This document shows positions 45,681-54,428 of a stretch of 64,000 nucleotides of DNA, piece after piece (the first letter of the stretch is position 1; each line of letters begins with the position of its first letter). The stretch is from an uncultured Vicinamibacteraceae bacterium (GTDB lineage Bacteria; Acidobacteriota; Vicinamibacteria; Vicinamibacterales; UBA8438): NCBI GenBank assembly GCA_964646815.1, contig CAZYFH010000012.1, positions 16,641 to 80,640 of the forward strand, given 5' to 3'. The position numbers were made by a program, and so were the translations under genes. The notes under the pieces were generated by a model, which was not told the DNA's origin, searched no databases, and worked only from the letters and a program-made list of their open reading frames with translations.

Positions 45681-46919
45681 ATGACCACACCATTCTCCCG
45701 TCGGCGTTTCCTGCAGACGGCTGGGGCGAGCGCCGCAGTCTGGGTGCCTGCGTCCGTCAACGGTTACACCACGTCTGAGGTGGCCGCCATGGCGACCGGC
45801 GAGCGCCTCGAGGTCGGGCTGTCGATGTGGGAGCTCGACACGCCCGCGCTCGTGGTCGATCTGGACGCCCTTGAGGGCAACCTTGTCACGATGCAGGAGA
45901 CCGTACGCGCCAACGGCATTGCGAGCCGCCCGCATGCCAAGACGCACAAGTGTCCCGCCATCGCACGGTTGCAGCTCGAGGGCGGAGCGGTCGGGATCTG
46001 CGTGGCAAAGATCAGCGAGGCCGAGGCACTGTTCGAGCATGGCATCGCCGAGCTGTTGATGACGACCAGCAACGTCACGCCCTTCAAGATCCAGCGGGCG
46101 ATGATGCTCCGCAAGTGGTGCGACGGGTTCATCCAGGCGACCGATACGGCCGAGAACGCACGGCAGCTGTCCGACGCGGCACAGGCGGCTGACATCGTGG
46201 CCGATGTGGTCGTCGACGTCGACCCGGGCGGGCACCGGACAGGAATCACGCCCGGGCGACCCGCGCTGATGCTCGCGCAGCTCGTTGATCGGCTGCCGCA
46301 TCTCCGGCTGCGCGGCATGCTCTGTTACGACGGCGGATCGCAACACGTCAAGGGGTTCGACGCGCGGCGGGCCCAGACGCTCGAGCGCCTGGCACCCGCC
46401 GCGGAGACGTTCGAGCTATTCCGCCGGTCGGGGCTGAACACCGATGTCTTCAGTGGCGGAGGCACGGGCACCTACAACATCGACCACGCTACCCCAGGCC
46501 TCACCGACGTCCAGGTTGGCAGTTACGTCTTCATGGATGCGCAATATTTGGCCATCGGAGGCGCCCAGGACGCCGAGCGATTCTCTGACTTTCAGCCGGC
46601 GCTGACGATTCTCACGACCGTCCTCAACGCGCAGTACGCGGGACGGGCCACCACGGACGCGGGTGCCAAGGCCTGCACGATCAATCGCCCGTGGGCGATC
46701 GTCAAAGGCGAGTCGGGGATGAGCTACACGTCGGGCTCCGATGAGTTTGGGTCGATCCGCTACGACAACCCGAGCCGAACCTACGCGGTCGGCGACAAAC
46801 TCGAGCTGATCGTGTCGCACTGCGATCCGGTCGTGAACCTCTACGACCAGATGTACGCCGTGCGCAACGGGCAGGTCGAGGCGGTCTGGAGCATCGCCGC
46901 ACGCGGCAGGTCGACCTAG
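45681..46919 (+). CDS. DSD1/D-threonine-aldolase-family PLP enzyme with a twin-arginine signal
   Basis: MTTPFSRRRFLQTAGASAAVWV Tat motif. DTPALVVDLDALEGNL..SRPHAKTHKCPAIARLQ..GICVAKISEAE (alanine-racemase-N fold). Confidence 0.8.
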   Translation: MTTPFSRRRFLQTAGASAAVWVPASVNGYTTSEVAAMATGERLEVGLSMWELDTPALVVDLDALEGNLVTMQETVRANGIASRPHAKTHKCPAIARLQLEGGAVGICVAKISEAEALFEHGIAELLMTTSNVTPFKIQRAMMLRKWCDGFIQATDTAENARQLSDAAQAADIVADVVVDVDPGGHRTGITPGRPALMLAQLVDRLPHLRLRGMLCYDGGSQHVKGFDARRAQTLERLAPAAETFELFRRSGLNTDVFSGGGTGTYNIDHATPGLTDVQVGSYVFMDAQYLAIGGAQDAERFSDFQPALTILTTVLNAQYAGRATTDAGAKACTINRPWAIVKGESGMSYTSGSDEFGSIRYDNPSRTYAVGDKLELIVSHCDPVVNLYDQMYAVRNGQVEAVWSIAARGRST

Positions 46920-47112
46920 CCACTAGTTGGACGGGTCTTCGCCCGGAAGCGCCGGCGTTCCGTGGGGACCCCCACCAGCCCATGGGGTGCGTCCGCGTCG
47001 AATACAGCGGCGCGCATCCCATCGGCTGGCAGCCTCACTCCGCGCGCGCGAGGCGCGCCGTGCGCGCCCTGGCCGTTTGCGCGTCAGTGGGACTGCGATC
47101 GGGTCGGGTATA

Positions 47113-47493
47113 ATGGCAGCGCCTATGTGGACGAAGCTGATGAATAAGCCTCGCAAGAGGGCGCCAAAGCGAATCGCAGTCATCGACCCTGAGCGCTGCT
47201 TCGGCGCGGTCGCGTGCTCAATCTGTCAGGCGGCCTGTCCGGTCGAGGACTGCATCATCGAGGAACCGGATAGCTACGGCCGGATGGTATGCGCGGTCGT
47301 CATCGACAAGTGCATCGGCTGCGGCCTCTGCGTCACGCTAGGCAACACGACCGCCCCTCAGCCGCGCGACTTCGGCTGCCCGCCCGACTACGACGCCATC
47401 GACATGCACGACTTCAGTGACGTGGTTGAGGCGCTCGAGGTGGAGTCCAGCGACTCCGACGCACCCGAACCGGACGCCGCGGCAACGACCTAG
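47113..47493 (+). CDS. 4Fe-4S dicluster ferredoxin-type protein
   Basis: CFGAVACSICQAACP and CIGCGLC motifs. The start is ambiguous (ATG 47113 inside TATAAT, or ATG 47125). Acidic C-terminus. Confidence 0.65.
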   Translation: MAAPMWTKLMNKPRKRAPKRIAVIDPERCFGAVACSICQAACPVEDCIIEEPDSYGRMVCAVVIDKCIGCGLCVTLGNTTAPQPRDFGCPPDYDAIDMHDFSDVVEALEVESSDSDAPEPDAAATT

Positions 47494-47509
47494 CGCTAAT
47501 CCCGACTCG

Positions 47510-48046
47510 TCAGGCGAGGGTCACCAGCGGTCGTCCCGGCTGAACCAGCTCACCGTCGCGACACGAAACACTCGTCACGCGCGCGTCGTGTGGCGCGCGC
47601 ACCGCGAGCTCCATTTTCATCGCCTCGAGTCGCACCAGCGTGTCGCCTTTGCTGACCGTGTCGCCCGTCTGTACCAGCACTTTGGTGACCGTCGCGGGCA
47701 TCGGTGCGGAGAGCGGATCGTCATCGGGGACGCGCGGCCCGACGGGTCTGGCAACGGCCGACCGCTCGACTTCCAGCGCGCGACCGGCGACCATCGCCAA
47801 GCACCCGCGCGCACCATCCATGACCAGGTGGACGAGGTGCCGCGAGCCGTCGGCAGTGACCAGGAACGTGGACGCATCGATGACGGTGATCTCGACCGCG
47901 ACGGGCCGGCCATCGACCTCGACGGCGTCATCGGAGACGACGCGCGCCAGAGAGCTCGACGATCCAGCGTGCACGAGGAGGTCGATGGGGGTCGGCATCG
48001 CTAGTAGCGCGTGGTGAAGTCCCACTGCATTCGACCGCCGATGCAT
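47510..48046 (-). CDS. Stand-alone BT/BCCP (biotinyl carrier) portion of methylcrotonyl-CoA carboxylase alpha
   Basis: C-terminal biotinyl domain PMPATVTKVLVQTGDTVSKGDTLVRLEAMKMELAVRAP. Alternative start at ATG 47998. Separated from the BC ORF by repeat copy 4. Confidence 0.75.
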   Translation of the reverse strand: MHRRSNAVGLHHALLAMPTPIDLLVHAGSSSSLARVVSDDAVEVDGRPVAVEITVIDASTFLVTADGSRHLVHLVMDGARGCLAMVAGRALEVERSAVARPVGPRVPDDDPLSAPMPATVTKVLVQTGDTVSKGDTLVRLEAMKMELAVRAPHDARVTSVSCRDGELVQPGRPLVTLA

Positions 48047-48161
48047 TCTGCCTCGCGGCGTTGCTCGTCGGTCAAGTGCTCAGTGTAATGTCTCTTTTGT
48101 CGCCTTGCGGGGCAGGCGCCTCGACGGCTTCGGTGTCACGCGGCACGTTCACCGCGGGATG

Positions 48162-48347
48162 CTTGTCGCCTGTCTCTGGTGGATGAATAGCGCTCACCGG
48201 GTGGGGCATCCCGCGCTGGCCGGCGCTGGATCATGCGTCAGCGCGGTTACAGACAGTGTATCTGCTTCCTCGTCGCGCCTTATCAGCCGGGCGCCGCGCG
48301 CCGGTGGCCACTACCGATTCACCCGACACAGGTCACTCGTGCACTAG
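48162..48347. mobile_element. MITE-like element, copy 4, inside the MCC alpha coding region
   Basis: The core AGCGCTCACCGGG..CGCGCTGGCC..GCGTCAGCGCGGTTACAGACAGTGTATCTGCTTCCTCGTCGCGCCTTATCAGCCGGGCGCCGCGCGCCGGTGGCCAC closely matches copy 3. The right end is ..GGGTGAATC-type TIR plus CTAG (48344-48347). The left end is degraded (CTTG+TCGCCTGT). Confidence 0.65.
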
Positions 48348-48349
48348 GG

Positions 48350-49879
48350 TTAGAGGCGCCAGTCGTTCAGGCGGCCCCACGGATCGGTCGCTCGGGGGTA
48401 TCCGCCGGCACCCGTGGCGCGCGCCGGCTGGCCGTTCCGGAGGGCACGCCCAGCGGCAGCAGCCACTGCGGCGACGACGGCGTCGCCCGTCCGAGCGTCT
48501 TGCAGCGCATCACGCTCGTCGTCCACGAACCCGATGTCGATCGCGCCGCGCTCGAATCTCGGATGCGCGAGCACGCGACCCAGAAACGATAAATTGCTCC
48601 GTACGCCGAGCACGACGTAGCGACGCAGCGCCGCCATCGCACGTTGACGGGCGACTTCGCGCGTCTCCCCGTAGACGGCGAGCTTCGCGAGCAGCGGATC
48701 GTAGTGAACCGGGATGGCGCTTCCCGTGCTGACGCCGGCGTCGACGCGCACGCCTGGTCCGGTTGGTTCACGGTAGAGCGCCAGGTGGCCGGCGTCCGGG
48801 CTGAAGTCGCGCGCAGGGTCTTCCGCGTACAGCCGGCATTCGATCGCGTGCCCGCGCGCAGTGATGCCACCCTGGGTCCACGGGACGCCGGCGCCACTCG
48901 CGATCTCGAGCTGGGCTCGGACGAGGTCGACGCCTGTGACGAGTTCCGTGATGGGATGCTCGACCTGTAGGCGGGTATTCATCTCAAGGAAATAGAACCG
49001 TGCATCGTCTCCGCTTCCCTCGAGCAGGAACTCGACCGTGCCGACGTTGTCATACTCCGCCGCCCGTGCCACACTGATCGCTGCCGCCGTCAGCTGGTTG
49101 CGGGTCGACGCCGTTAGTGCGATGGAGGGTGTTTCTTCGACCACCTTCTGGTGGCGCCGCTGCACGGAACAGTCGCGCTCCCCGAGGTGGACGAGCCGTC
49201 CATGCCGATCGCCGGCGATCTGGACCTCGATGTGTCGAGGTCGTTCTAGTAGCCGCTCGACGTAGAGCGTGCCGTCGCCAAATGCCGCGTTCGCCTCGCG
49301 ACGGGCCGCCTCGGATGCGGTGGCCACCTCTTGCTCGTGGCGCACAATCCGCATCCCCTTACCGCCACCGCCCGCTGATGGCTTCAGTACCGCCGGATAC
49401 CCGATCGCCCGGACGATAGCCTCGATGCCGGTGAGCGTCTGGTCTGCCGGTTCGCCGCCGGGCACGACAGGGACGCCAGCTGTCGTGGCAGTTCGCCGAG
49501 CCTCGATCTTGGAGCCAAACCGGGCAATGACCGCGGGCGACGGACCGACGAACGTCAGGCCCGCATCGACACAGGCCGCGGCGAACGCTGCGTTCTCAGC
49601 GAGGAAGCCGTAGCCGGGATGAATGGCGTCCGCCCTGCTCGAGCGGGCTGCGTCGATGAGCCGTGTCATCGACAGGTAGCTCTCCGCGGCCGGCGCCGGT
49701 CCGATCGCGAGCGCACGCGAGGCCTCCGCGACGTGGCGGGCGTTGCGATCCGCGTCGGAGTAGACCGCGACGGTCTCGACGCCGAGTAGCTCGCAGGTGC
49801 GAATGATGCGGACGGCGATCTCGCCACGGTCAGCAATCAGCAGACGCTTGATCGAAGGTCCCTCCGACTGTGGTTCCAC
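48350..49879 (-). CDS. mccA: Biotin carboxylase portion of methylcrotonyl-CoA carboxylase alpha (BC plus start of BT domain)
   Basis: GTG 49879 is preceded by GGAG. KRLLIADRGEIAVRIIRT, GGGGKGMRIV and EMNTRLQVEHPITE. Ends ..DPWGRLNDWRL* (509 aa), directly next to repeat copy 4. Confidence 0.85.
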   Translation of the reverse strand: MEPQSEGPSIKRLLIADRGEIAVRIIRTCELLGVETVAVYSDADRNARHVAEASRALAIGPAPAAESYLSMTRLIDAARSSRADAIHPGYGFLAENAAFAAACVDAGLTFVGPSPAVIARFGSKIEARRTATTAGVPVVPGGEPADQTLTGIEAIVRAIGYPAVLKPSAGGGGKGMRIVRHEQEVATASEAARREANAAFGDGTLYVERLLERPRHIEVQIAGDRHGRLVHLGERDCSVQRRHQKVVEETPSIALTASTRNQLTAAAISVARAAEYDNVGTVEFLLEGSGDDARFYFLEMNTRLQVEHPITELVTGVDLVRAQLEIASGAGVPWTQGGITARGHAIECRLYAEDPARDFSPDAGHLALYREPTGPGVRVDAGVSTGSAIPVHYDPLLAKLAVYGETREVARQRAMAALRRYVVLGVRSNLSFLGRVLAHPRFERGAIDIGFVDDERDALQDARTGDAVVAAVAAAAGRALRNGQPARATGAGGYPRATDPWGRLNDWRL

Positions 49880-50003
49880 GCCCCGTTGCTCCTAGTTCTG
49901 CGCCGCGCTGCTCCTGGTTCCTGGTGCCATTGCTCGTGTTTCCAGGTCCTCGCTCCTTAGTCCTTCCAAAAAATGCTCCTGGAACCACGAGAGATTCGTG
50001 CTC

Positions 50004-51611
50004 TTACATCCTGAAGATCCCGAACGTGGGGTCGGGGATGGGGGCGTTGTGGGCGACGGTGAGTCCGAGTGCGAGCGCGTCCCGCGTGCGCACGGGATGC
50101 ATGACGCCGTCATCCCAGAGGCGCGCCGTGGAGTAATACGGTGAGCCTTCGCGCTCGTATTTCTCGACGATTGGGCGTCGAATCGCCTCGACCTCGGCGT
50201 CGCTCAGCTCGCGGCCGTCGCGCGCCGCCTGCGTTTGCTTGATGGTCGTTAGGACGTCCGCCGCCTGCTCGCCCCCCATCACCGAGATGCGGGCGTTCGG
50301 CCACATCCAGAGAAACCGCGGCTCGTAGGCGCGGCCGCACATGCCGTAGTTGCCCGCGCCAAAGGACCCGCCAATGATGACCGTCAGCTTCGGCACGACC
50401 GCGTTGGCGACGGCGTGCACCATCTTGGCGCCATCTTTCGCGATGCCGCCCTCCTCGTACTGGCGGCCGACCATGAACCCGGTGATGTTCTGGAGAAAGA
50501 CGAGTGGGATGCGGCGCTTGTTGCAGAGCTGAATAAAATGGGTCGCCTTGAGCGCTGACTCCGAGAACAGGACCCCGTTGTTGGCGAGGATGCCGACGAG
50601 CATGCCGTGCAACCGGGCGAATCCGGTGACAAGGGTTGGACCGTAGCGCGCCTTGAACTCGTCGAACCGTGAGCCGTCGACCAGGCGGGCGAGGACTTCT
50701 CGGACGTCGTATCGGGCACGGGGGTCGGCCGGCAAGATGCCGAGTAGTTCATCCGGATCGTAGGCCGGTTCTTCGACCGGCGCGATGTCCGGGATGTGGC
50801 GTGTCTCGGTATGCGCCGTCGAAATAATGGTACGTGCCAGCCTGATCGCGTGCGCGTCGTCGTCCGCGAGGTAATCGGCGACGCCCGAGAGCCGCGTGTG
50901 TACGTCGGCGCCACCGAGCGCTTCGGCCGTGACTTCTTCCCCGGTCGCGGCTTTGACCAGCGGGGGGCCGCCTAAGAAGATCGTGCCGGTTCCGTTCACG
51001 ATCACCGTCTCGTCCGACATGGCGGGCACGTATGCGCCGCCGGCGGTGCACGATCCCATCACGACGGCGATCTGCGGGATTCCGCGTGCGGACAGCTGCG
51101 CTTGGTTAAAGAAGATTCGACCGAAGTGTTCCCGGTCCGGAAACACTTCTGCCTGCATCGGAAGGAACGCGCCTCCGGAATCGACGAGATACACACACGG
51201 GAGACGATTGTCGAGCGCCACCTGCTGGGCCCGTAGGTGTTTCTTGACGGTGACCGGCAGGTAGGTTCCGCCCTTCACAGTCGCGTCGTTGGCGACGATC
51301 ATGACCTCGCGGTCGGACACGCGGCCAACGCCGGTCACGAGGCCGGCGGCCGGAGAGGTGTCGTCGTACATGCCGAAGGCCGCCAGCGGAGCAATCTCGA
51401 GAAACGGGGAGCCGTCGTCCAGCAGGTGGTCGACGCGTTCGCGCGCGGTGAGCTTGCCCTGACGGTGGTGACGCGCGACCACGGCAGCGTCGCCCCCTTC
51501 CCGCACCTTGGCAAGTCGCGCGTCCAGGTCTCCGACGATGCGCGTCATTGCCTCGCGGTTCGCACAGTATTCCGGCGTATCGGTGCGGACCTGGGAGCGG
51601 ATAGGGTCCAT
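50004..51611 (-). CDS. mccB: Methylcrotonyl-CoA carboxylase beta subunit (carboxyltransferase)
   Basis: ATG 51611 (535 aa). [65 protein letters not shown]. Confidence 0.9.
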   Translation of the reverse strand: MDPIRSQVRTDTPEYCANREAMTRIVGDLDARLAKVREGGDAAVVARHHRQGKLTARERVDHLLDDGSPFLEIAPLAAFGMYDDTSPAAGLVTGVGRVSDREVMIVANDATVKGGTYLPVTVKKHLRAQQVALDNRLPCVYLVDSGGAFLPMQAEVFPDREHFGRIFFNQAQLSARGIPQIAVVMGSCTAGGAYVPAMSDETVIVNGTGTIFLGGPPLVKAATGEEVTAEALGGADVHTRLSGVADYLADDDAHAIRLARTIISTAHTETRHIPDIAPVEEPAYDPDELLGILPADPRARYDVREVLARLVDGSRFDEFKARYGPTLVTGFARLHGMLVGILANNGVLFSESALKATHFIQLCNKRRIPLVFLQNITGFMVGRQYEEGGIAKDGAKMVHAVANAVVPKLTVIIGGSFGAGNYGMCGRAYEPRFLWMWPNARISVMGGEQAADVLTTIKQTQAARDGRELSDAEVEAIRRPIVEKYEREGSPYYSTARLWDDGVMHPVRTRDALALGLTVAHNAPIPDPTFGIFRM

Positions 51612-51778
51612 TACCAGCCGCAGCAGTCGGTCTTGTACCCGCAGGCGGGACAGCGCCAAACCGCGTGCATGCGGAACATCTCCTGGCCGCACCGGTCGCA
51701 GAGCATGGCGGCGTCGGAGACGCGTGTCGTCGAGGGAGGCGGTACCGGCGCCGGCGCCGGCCGGGGTGGTTCCGGCAT
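51611..51778 (-). CDS. Unlisted small ORF: Pro/Ala-rich N-terminus plus CxxC...CxxC zinc-ribbon (55 aa)
   Basis: The minus strand reads [55 protein letters not shown]. The TAA shares a T with the mccB ATG (TAATG). GC-rich third positions in the ribbon part. Below the 60-aa cutoff of the supplied track. Confidence 0.45.
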   Translation of the reverse strand: MPEPPRPAPAPVPPPSTTRVSDAAMLCDRCGQEMFRMHAVWRCPACGYKTDCCGW

Positions 51779-51801
51779 GCGCCGATTATAGATCCTCCAC
51801 G

Positions 51802-51831
51802 TTGACCGCTTCCGATGCGTCCCCCTATTAT
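51802..51831 (+). promoter_or_regulatory. Sigma70-like promoter candidate for pcm
   Basis: TTGACC (51802-51807), 18 nt, then TATTAT (51826-51831), about 40 nt upstream of GTG 51870. Confidence 0.3.
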
Positions 51832-51869
51832 CAGGTCAGAGCGCTGCGGAGCACTCTGAGATCTGCCGC

Positions 51870-52562
51870 GTGTCAACTGCTCGTCAGACCGTTTCGTCTG
51901 AGCGTGCTGCCGAACGAGCGCTGATGGTTGACGATCAGCTCCGAGCGCGTGGCATCGACGACGCGCGGACGCTCGAGGCGATGCACGCGGTGCCGCGGCA
52001 CGCGTTCGTCGCGCCGCCGCACCAGGCGGCGGCGTACGACGACCGCCCGCTGCCGATGGGCCACGGGCAGACGATCTCGCAGCCGTACATGGTGGCGGCG
52101 ATGACTGCGGCGCTCGCGATTGCGCCGAGCGACCACGTGCTGGAAGTGGGCACTGGCTCAGGGTATCAGACGGCGATCCTCGCGCGTCTGGCGACGAACG
52201 TCGTTTCGTTTGAGTGGGTCCCGGAGCTGGCGGCACGAGCGAGCACGGTGCTGGCCAGCGTCGGCGTGACGAATGTGACGGTGATGAGCGGTGACGGGAG
52301 TCTGGCGCACTCGGGACGCCGCTTCGACGCGGTGCTCGTGGCGGCAGGCGCAGCCGAGGTGCCGCCGCCGCTGCGCGCTGTGCTTGCGGACGGCGGGCGC
52401 TTGGTAATGCCGGTCGGGACCCCGGACCGGCAGGAACTCTTCCTCGTCCGCCGGTGCGGCGCCGGTTTCGTCGAGGAACGACGAGACGGGTGCGTCTTCG
52501 TGCCGCTTCACGGGCCCCACGGATGGCGGCATGTGCGCATGGAGAGAAAGGTCGACGCGTGA
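51870..52562 (+). CDS. pcm: Protein-L-isoaspartate O-methyltransferase
   Basis: GHGQTISQPYMVAAMTAAL and VLEVGTGSGYQTAILARL motifs. Confidence 0.9.
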   Translation: MSTARQTVSSERAAERALMVDDQLRARGIDDARTLEAMHAVPRHAFVAPPHQAAAYDDRPLPMGHGQTISQPYMVAAMTAALAIAPSDHVLEVGTGSGYQTAILARLATNVVSFEWVPELAARASTVLASVGVTNVTVMSGDGSLAHSGRRFDAVLVAAGAAEVPPPLRAVLADGGRLVMPVGTPDRQELFLVRRCGAGFVEERRDGCVFVPLHGPHGWRHVRMERKVDA

Positions 52563-53134
52563 CAACTGGTCAGCGCCGAGTCCGACGCCCACGGTACTTG
52601 GGATTTGTAGCAGTGATCTGCCTACTCGTCGGGTGGCCGATAGCCGCATCCGCCGACAACGTGTTCACGCCGTTCATCGGCGCCTCCTTTGGGCCCGGTG
52701 ATACCGAACGGGTGAGCACGTGGGGTTTGTCGCTCGCCTCGATGGCGGGCGGCGTCTTCGGTTTCGAGATCGACTCCAGCCGCACCGCAGAGGCGATGAC
52801 GAGCAGCGTGTTCGTCGATAACAGCCGGGTGACGCAGGTGACGGGCAACATCATCGTCGGTGCCCCGATCAAAGCGGTTCGCCCGTACGTCGTCAGTGGC
52901 ATCGGATGGGTGCGCACCGAGATCAACGCTACCGATCTCTCGTTGGCGGAACAGACCGATGGGCTTGGGGCTACCGTGGGCGGCGGACTGATGGGGTTCT
53001 TCTCGGACCATGTCGGCGCGCGCGTCGACCTGCGCTATCTGCGCGGCGCGTCCGTCGGGGACTCCTTAACCGAGTTTGAGCTTGAGAAGGTCGGGTTCTG
53101 GCGCGCGGCCGTCGGCCTGGCCCTCCGTTTCTAG
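52559..53134 (+). CDS. Outer-membrane beta-barrel (OmpW/porin-like) protein
   Basis: GTGA overlap with pcm. Signal ..LVGWPIAASA, alternating beta-strand pattern, and terminal ..VGLALRF. Confidence 0.65.
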   Translation: MTTGQRRVRRPRYLGFVAVICLLVGWPIAASADNVFTPFIGASFGPGDTERVSTWGLSLASMAGGVFGFEIDSSRTAEAMTSSVFVDNSRVTQVTGNIIVGAPIKAVRPYVVSGIGWVRTEINATDLSLAEQTDGLGATVGGGLMGFFSDHVGARVDLRYLRGASVGDSLTEFELEKVGFWRAAVGLALRF

Positions 53135-53157
53135 ATCCAGCACGACGGGGGAACGCT

Positions 53158-53445
53158 GTGGACGAACGCTCACAGGTACTCGTTGCCACGATACTGGGCG
53201 CCGTCGCGGGAGGGGTGCTCGGGTGCCTCTACCTGACGAAACAGGGCCGGCGCGTACGTGACCAGATGGAGCCGCTGCTCGACGCAGTAGTCGATGAGCT
53301 CACCCGGGCGCACGCAACGGTCGAGAAGGCGCGCGCGGCGGCGCGTCAAGGGCGTCGCGCCATGGACGACCTTCTATCCGGGCAGCCGGCGCGCGACCTG
53401 AGCGAAGGGTGGAAATCGCGCGACTATCCCCAGGCGCCGTCATAG
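53158..53445 (+). CDS. YtxH-like small membrane-associated protein
   Basis: GGGGGAA before GTG 53158. One N-terminal helix LVATILGAVAGGVLGCLYL, followed by a charged helical region. Confidence 0.5.
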   Translation: MDERSQVLVATILGAVAGGVLGCLYLTKQGRRVRDQMEPLLDAVVDELTRAHATVEKARAAARQGRRAMDDLLSGQPARDLSEGWKSRDYPQAPS

Positions 53446-54288
53446 GCGCCTGCTGGGCGTGCCACTCTGCGTCTGGTTACCACCGACGATCTCACTTGCG
53501 CGTCCTCGATCGCCTACTACGCGCTGGTCTCGCTCTTCTCGTTGCTTGTGCTGGGCGCGTTCCTGATCGGATGGGTGACGTCGGACGTGGCGCAACGGGC
53601 CGCCGTCGCCGATCTCATTCTCTAGTTCTTTCCCGAGCGTGTCGGTCTCGTCCGCGCGCAGCTCGACGCCCTGGCGCAGGCAAGTCTCGGGATCGACGTT
53701 ACGGGGACGGTCGTGGCCGGGTGGGTCTCGCTCGGTATCTTTCGCGCGATCTCGATCGCCGTCAATGACGCGTCTGGCGTCGATGAGCCGCCGAGTTTTC
53801 TCCATAGTTAGGTCATGGCCTTTGTGATGCTGACGGCCGCCGGCGTCACGTTGATTTTGGCGCTGGGATGGGCGAGCGTGAGCGGTATCCTGCAGAGCTC
53901 ATGGTTCGATTTGGAGTTTGAGACGGTGCCGGTGCTGGCCAGTCTGAGCGTCCTGCCGAGCCGTTACACGACGCTGGTCGCCGTCACGATCGGTGTTGGG
54001 CTCATCTTCTACGTCGTGCCGAACGCGCGCGTCCGCTTTCGCGATGTTTGGGTGGGCGCGGTGTTTACGGGACTGCTCTGGCAGTTGGGACTTGCCAGGT
54101 TCTCCTGGTATCTGCGCGAGGTGTCCGATCTCAGCCTGCACGGATCGATCGCGACGGTCGTGACGTTCCTCTTCTGGGTCTATACCTCGGCGGTGATCTT
54201 CTTGTTCGGTGTCGAGTTCACGGCCGTGCGGATACGCGCGGCCGACCGGTCATCGGAGGCCGCAGCGACCGGCGGGGCCACCTCCTAA
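53446..54288 (+). pseudogene. YihY/BrkB-family membrane protein gene interrupted by two in-frame TAG codons
   Basis: A single frame reads ..DDLTCASSIAYYALVSLFSLLVLGAFLIGW..ADLIL*FFPERV..GWVSLGIFRAISIAVNDA..FLHS*VMAFVML..VVPNARVRFRDVWVGAVFTGLLWQ..VYTSAVIFLFGVEFT. TAG at 53623-53625 and 53809-53811. No canonical start after the upstream TAG (53443-53445). Only the last 157 aa is an intact ORF (53815..54288). Confidence 0.6.
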
Positions 54289-54428
54289 CCCCTGAGCGCA
54301 CTGCCTGGCATCCGTAACGTAGGGCTCGCAAGCCTCACGCGACATGGCAACACGTGAGCTCCGGGGTTAGGCGGGCCGAGGACACGGGCATTCGACCGCT
54401 CCTGTATTCTTACGGTGGAGCGACGATC

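Noticed and set aside
46921-47100. Possible fifth, degenerate copy of the MITE-like element after the DSD1-like gene (CACTAGTTGGACGGGT.., ..GCGCATCCCATCGGCTGGC.., ..GCGCGTCAGTGGGACTG)
   Set aside because: Similarity is limited to short patches in an inconsistent order, with no recognisable right inverted repeat. It would need a proper alignment, so I did not call it.
53443-53811. Stop-codon (TAG) reassignment or pyrrolysine-type recoding as an explanation for the in-frame TAGs
   Set aside because: TAG terminates many full-length, motif-complete genes here (for example 4728, 6794, 7786, 9087, 9687, 15064, 35432 and 46919). The other broken loci use TGA and TAA, and no Pyl machinery is seen.
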